64,000 nucleotides of DNA. It comes from Thermoanaerobaculia bacterium (GTDB taxonomy: Bacteria; Acidobacteriota; Thermoanaerobaculia; UBA5066). Shown one piece after another: positions 59,708-64,000 of the stretch (position 1 is the stretch's first letter; each line of letters begins with the position of its first letter). Where the stretch lies: contig CAWFJJ010000005.1 of the NCBI GenBank assembly GCA_963816185.1, positions 64,001-128,000 of the forward strand, written 5' to 3'. Made by a program: the position numbers and the translations under genes. The notes beneath the pieces were generated by a model. It ran no database searches, had not been told where the DNA came from, and worked only from the letters and a program-made list of their open reading frames with translations.

Positions 59708-61725
59708 CGGCGCCCTCGATCCTCAGGACGAGGAGCGTCCGGTCGTCCTCGGTGTCGGGGCGGTTCGTGAAGGCGCTCTGCACACGAAGGATGCGGTCCT
59801 TCAAGGCTGCGGCGCTTTGAGGCGGCTCGGCGCGCAGCACCTCCTCGAGGCGCGTGAACCCCCACGATTCGTCCGATGCCGCAGGCGTGGCCTCCACGAG
59901 TCCGTCCGAGAAGAGGACCCAGCAGTCGCCGGGCACGATCGGGGCCGTGACCGTGTGCCACCCGCCGGAAAGAGCCAGGCCGAGCGGGCGAGCGGGATTC
60001 GCCACGGCCTCGACCGCTCCGTCTCGGCCGATTCGGTACGGATACGGGTGTCCGGCGTTCGTGAAGGCCACCGTGCCGTTTGCAAGGTCGAAGACGAGAT
60101 GTTGGAGCGTGACGAACGTCCGCCGTTCGGTCGTCCGGACGATTTCCTCGTGGAGCAGCTCCATGAGCCTGACGCCGCCCGCTCCCGTCCGGGCCAGCAT
60201 GCCGAGGGACGCTTTCGCGGCCGCCATCACGAGCCCTGTCGGAAGACCGTGCCCCGACACGTCGGCCACACAGACCGTGAGCACCCGCTCCGCGTACGAC
60301 AGGTCGTAGAAGTCGCCGCCGATGGCGGCGGCAGGCGCGAAGTCCACGGCGATCTCGACGTCCGGGCACGCGAAGTCCGCGGGGGGAAGAAGGTGCCGCT
60401 GGAGGTCGCGCGCGACGGTGAGCTCGCGCTCGAGAGCCTCCTTCTCGGCGCGCGCCGCGACGCTCGCCGAGAGGCGCTCGACCATGTGGTTGAAGCTTTC
60501 GACGAGGGCCGCCAGCTGGTCGTGCCCTTTGAGAACGGCGCGGTGCGCGAAGTTGCCCTTCTCGATCTCGGAGAATCCCGCCGAGAGGCGGCGCGTCGCG
60601 CGCGCGATCCGATAGACGAGAATGCCGGCGAGGAGCGAGGCGCCCGCGAAGACGACGACGGTCGCGAATCCGAGCGCGCCCATGACGGCGAGGACGACGC
60701 GGCCCAGCTGGAGGCGCTCTGACCCGGCGATCCTGAGATCTCCGAAGAGCGCCCGCGACTCACGCTGAAGCGACGTTCGTACGAGAATGAGGACGGGGCC
60801 CTCGAGGGGCCGCCCGGTCTCCCAGTCGAGGACGGGCTCGGAGAGAAACAGCGGGAACGCGGTCCAGCGCGCAGACCACGGGCCCGAACCCGCGGGCGGC
60901 GCGGCTGTCTCGCCGGACGAGGCCTCCTCGCCGCCGGAGTCGGGCGCACCCGTGATGCTCGTCGTCGTGCCTTTCTTGCCCGGGTCGAAGGTGAAATGCA
61001 CGCGGCCCCTGGCCCTGTCGCCGGTCTCCTTCTTCACCTTGACGGTGCCGTGGAAGCGAATGACGTTGCCGGTCTCCTTCTCGAGCTCGCGGCGGAGTCC
61101 GGACTGGAGACGCAGGGTGAGGACGAGCGTGCCGGCAGGGCGCGGCTCGACGGCAGCCGCGAAGATGTGCGTTCCCGATTTCACGACGACGGATGTGCGC
61201 GACGTCATCCAGGGTCGTATCTCGAGGTCCGGGGCCGCTTGCGGTGCCGGCCGTCTCGACGGCCCCGCCCTTCGGCTGCCAGGCCATCCCGATCTCGGAC
61301 GACACCGGCGACGAAGCGATGGCTTCCGCGAAGGCACGCGCCCGCGCGCTCGCGTCCCGCGCGACCTCGAGGCGCGGCGCGAGGTCGTGCGTTCGCTCCG
61401 CAAGGGCGGCGCGCCATTTCTCGAGGGCGGTCTCGACGCGGCGCGTTCCGAGCTGCCCCGCGATGACGAGAAGGCCCGCGTAGAAGAAGAAGACCGCGAA
61501 GGCGACCGCCGAGAGGAGGAGGAGATACGAGACGGCGAGCCGGCTTCCGACGCGCCAGAGGAGACCGCGGAGGAGGTGCCGCGTCGCGCTGATCAAGAAG
61601 ACGGGAATTCCGAAGACGCAGAGCACGACGCCGAGCGCCCTGACGCCGTCCCATGGAACGGCGGCGAGGAGGACCCCTCCGAGGACGACGAGCCCGGAGA
61701 GCCGGAACGTCCGGGTCGTCTTCAT
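59691..61725 (-). pseudogene. Membrane HAMP + SpoIIE/PP2C phosphatase, frameshifted near 61245
   Basis: N-terminal TM segments in ORF 60760-61725. HAMP, GGDFYD, ADVSGHG, NAGH, SDGLVE and EDDRT lie in ORF 59691-61403. Confidence 0.78.
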
Positions 61726-63347
61726 CGCGTGGTCGAGCGGGTCTCCCCGTCCTGCCCGCGATCAAGCGGGTGGACGGCCTGCCCGGCCAAATAGGTCGTC
61801 TGCGACGGGAACGCGAGGGACGTGCCCGCTTTCTCGACGACGTCGAGGAGCACGAGGAGAAGCTCCTCCTGCGCGGCGAGGAACGCCGTGGTGTCGGGCA
61901 CGAGGAGGTACGCGAAGACCTCCACGTCGAGCGAGTACTCGTTGAGCTTCAGGAATCGCACCCGGGCCGTGCGCGCCTCGACGCGCGCGTCGGCGGCGAG
62001 GCGACCTCGACAGCTCTCGAGGGTCGCCTGCATCTGCGCCGCCGTCGTCTCGTACGTGAGGCCGAGGACGTGGCGGAACAGGAACTTGTCGCGGCGGCTG
62101 AGGTTCTCGATCTGGGACGTCAGGAGGGAGCCGTTCGGGATCGAGACGACCGTCCGCTCGGGCGTCCTGAGACGCGTCGCGTAGAGCGTCACGTCCTCGA
62201 TCACGCCCAGGAACGTCCCGATCCGAACGACGTCTCCGACGCGCAGGATCCGGTCGGAGATGACGACGAACCCGCCGAAGAGGTTCTCGAGGCTCTTCTG
62301 GGCCGCGAACGCGACGGCGAGTCCGCCGATCCCGAGGCCGGCGAGCGTCGCCGTCAGGTTGACGCCCAGGGTCCCGAGGGCGACGAGAGCCGCCGCGAGG
62401 ACGATGCCGCCCTGCAGGACGCGCCGTCCGATCGTGAGCGAGGACGCCGCGGTGGCTCCGGACGCGAGGAGCCGCATCGTGGCGCGCGACGTCACGAAGC
62501 CGAGGATATTGATCACCAGCCACGCGACCGCCGCGATGACGACGAGACTGAAGACCCGCCCGTAGCTGTAGCGGCCGAGGAGCGGGAGGCCGATCCGCGA
62601 CACGGCGGCCGCGTGGAGAGGAACGGCCACGAGGAGTGCGAGCGGCCCGCGGAAGCGAACGAGGCCGCTCGCAAGATCTTCCGCAGCGAAGCGGCGCGCG
62701 ACGGCGAGGAGCCCGGCCGCCAGGACGCGCGCGAGGAGCCACGCCAAGGGCATGAGGAGCCAGAACGCGAGCACCTGCCAGAGCCGGAGCGAGCCTGAAA
62801 TCCGGCGGCGGAGGACGTCCGGCATCAGGGCATCGAGCTCGGGCGTCGTAAGCTCGCGGAAAGCCGCCGGGATGTCCCGGAGCGTCTGCGAGGAGACGAG
62901 CCAGACCGGAGGACCCTCGGCCGGCTGCGTACGGACGAGGAGGATGTCGAACGAGTCTTCGCCCCGCTCGATCGAGCCGGCCCGCTCGAGGTCCTCTGAC
63001 AGGCCGTCGTTCACGTCGCCGAGCGGCGAACGGCTCAGCTTCTCGAGGTCTCCGGTGAAGCGCTCGTCGAGGACGGACTTCAGCTCCTTCGCGACCTCGC
63101 CGGGCGGCGTTCGTGCGCTCTTCGGCCACTGGAGGTATTCGGCCGCGACCGTCCAGTTCTCTCGCGCCGCCGCGCGCATGAAGCCGAAGAACGTGCCGTA
63201 GGGGGTTTCGCGGCGGTACGGGTCGCCGGGGGCCTCCGGGGACGGCGTCGGCGTCGGTGAGAGTCCCGGCAGCTGCGCGAGAGCGGGCGATGTCGGCCAC
63301 GCGAGCACGACGGCCGGAAGGAGAGCCCGGAGGAGAGCGCGGCGCAT
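61722..63347 (-). CDS. MscS-family mechanosensitive channel with periplasmic domain
   Basis: Signal peptide, RETP..T..GF, GLGIGGLAVAFAAQ..L.N, IPNG, AFPSQT. Alternative GTG start at 63368. Confidence 0.9.
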   Translation of the reverse strand: MRRALLRALLPAVVLAWPTSPALAQLPGLSPTPTPSPEAPGDPYRRETPYGTFFGFMRAAARENWTVAAEYLQWPKSARTPPGEVAKELKSVLDERFTGDLEKLSRSPLGDVNDGLSEDLERAGSIERGEDSFDILLVRTQPAEGPPVWLVSSQTLRDIPAAFRELTTPELDALMPDVLRRRISGSLRLWQVLAFWLLMPLAWLLARVLAAGLLAVARRFAAEDLASGLVRFRGPLALLVAVPLHAAAVSRIGLPLLGRYSYGRVFSLVVIAAVAWLVINILGFVTSRATMRLLASGATAASSLTIGRRVLQGGIVLAAALVALGTLGVNLTATLAGLGIGGLAVAFAAQKSLENLFGGFVVISDRILRVGDVVRIGTFLGVIEDVTLYATRLRTPERTVVSIPNGSLLTSQIENLSRRDKFLFRHVLGLTYETTAAQMQATLESCRGRLAADARVEARTARVRFLKLNEYSLDVEVFAYLLVPDTTAFLAAQEELLLVLLDVVEKAGTSLAFPSQTTYLAGQAVHPLDRGQDGETRSTTR

Positions 63348-63364
63348 CGCGCGGAGAGCGTATC

Positions 63365-63895
63365 TCACCGCGCCCAGGGAGGCCGCCGGCGGGCGATGCG
63401 GGCCGCGACGGGGCACGACGGGAGATGCGCGCCCTCTAGCCAGCCCGTCGACACGAGGAACTCGTTCACGATCTCTCCTCCGGTGAAACGGAACGTGGCC
63501 CCGAAGAGCTTCACCCATTGATCCTTCGGAAGGGGATGGTGTGCGTCGATCCACGCAGCGAAAGAGCCGTGGCTCTTCCGGAGTGCGAGGAGAACCCCGG
63601 CGTTGTGGATGACGGCCTCGACCTTGAGGCGGTTCCGGATGATCCCGGCGTCCGCGAGCAGCCGTTTCTTCTCCCGGGCACCGTAACGGGCCACGACCTC
63701 AGGATCGAAGCCGGCGAACGCGGCGCGAAAGTTCGCGCGCTTCCGCAGGATCGTCGCCCATGAAAGGCCGGCCTGGTTGATCTCGAGCGCGAGGCGCTCG
63801 AGGAGCTCCGAATCCTTCCTGAGCGGAAACCCGTATTCGCGGTCGTGATACGGCCCGTGGAGGGGATCGCCGGGCGCGACGTCGCAATAAGACAT
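63365..63895 (-). CDS. tag: DNA-3-methyladenine glycosylase I
   Basis: YC...YHDREYG, LEINQAGLSW, IIRNRLK, F.FTG, H..SC zinc ligands. Confidence 0.92.
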   Translation of the reverse strand: MSYCDVAPGDPLHGPYHDREYGFPLRKDSELLERLALEINQAGLSWATILRKRANFRAAFAGFDPEVVARYGAREKKRLLADAGIIRNRLKVEAVIHNAGVLLALRKSHGSFAAWIDAHHPLPKDQWVKLFGATFRFTGGEIVNEFLVSTGWLEGAHLPSCPVAARIARRRPPWAR

Positions 63896-63957
63896 GAGGC
63901 CGTCATTCTCGCGCGCCTCACGGCGTCCACAAAGACTTCGGCGGGCCGGAGAAATCC

Positions 63958-64000
63958 CTAGATGGCGGCGGGCTCCGTGAGCTTATAGCTCTGGAGGACG
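63958..64000 (-). CDS. 3' end of an upstream gene (partial)
   Basis: Reads ...VLQSYKLTEPAAI* on the minus strand; too short to identify. Confidence 0.3.
   Translation of the reverse strand, partial: VLQSYKLTEPAAI

Overview
High-GC bacterial chromosomal segment, most consistent with an Acidobacteriota (Thermoanaerobaculia-like) genome; this is inferred from gene content and the 'PCRxxDTR' C-terminal domain. Left to right: (1) a translationally coupled minus-strand tailoring operon with an HprK-like P-loop kinase, two B12-dependent radical SAM enzymes, three SAM methyltransferases, an amidohydrolase, a small Gly/Trp pentapeptide-repeat protein and a partial glycosyltransferase-like gene; (2) exported proteins, including a UxxC thioredoxin-TPR selenoprotein candidate; (3) a tandem Vgb propeller gene and an IorAB-like molybdoenzyme; (4) a nonaheme cytochrome c/cytochrome b/two-component locus with twin small membrane proteins; (5) mfd, two PPIases and RNase D; (6) a dcw cluster lacking murF, murB and ddl; (7) mixed genes, including an OsmC-like selenoprotein candidate, a TonB receptor, an Hsp70-like protein, a PP2C phosphatase, MscS and tag. 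The most notable signals are the orphan radical-SAM operon with a possible peptide substrate, a family of short inverted-repeat elements (ATTTCTTAGAAGG...CCTTCTAAGAAAT) sitting in-frame inside coding genes including murC and murE, and two in-frame UGA codons at catalytic Cys positions. Several single-base frameshifts suggest indel errors in the assembly. No rRNA, tRNA, CRISPR array or transposase was seen.
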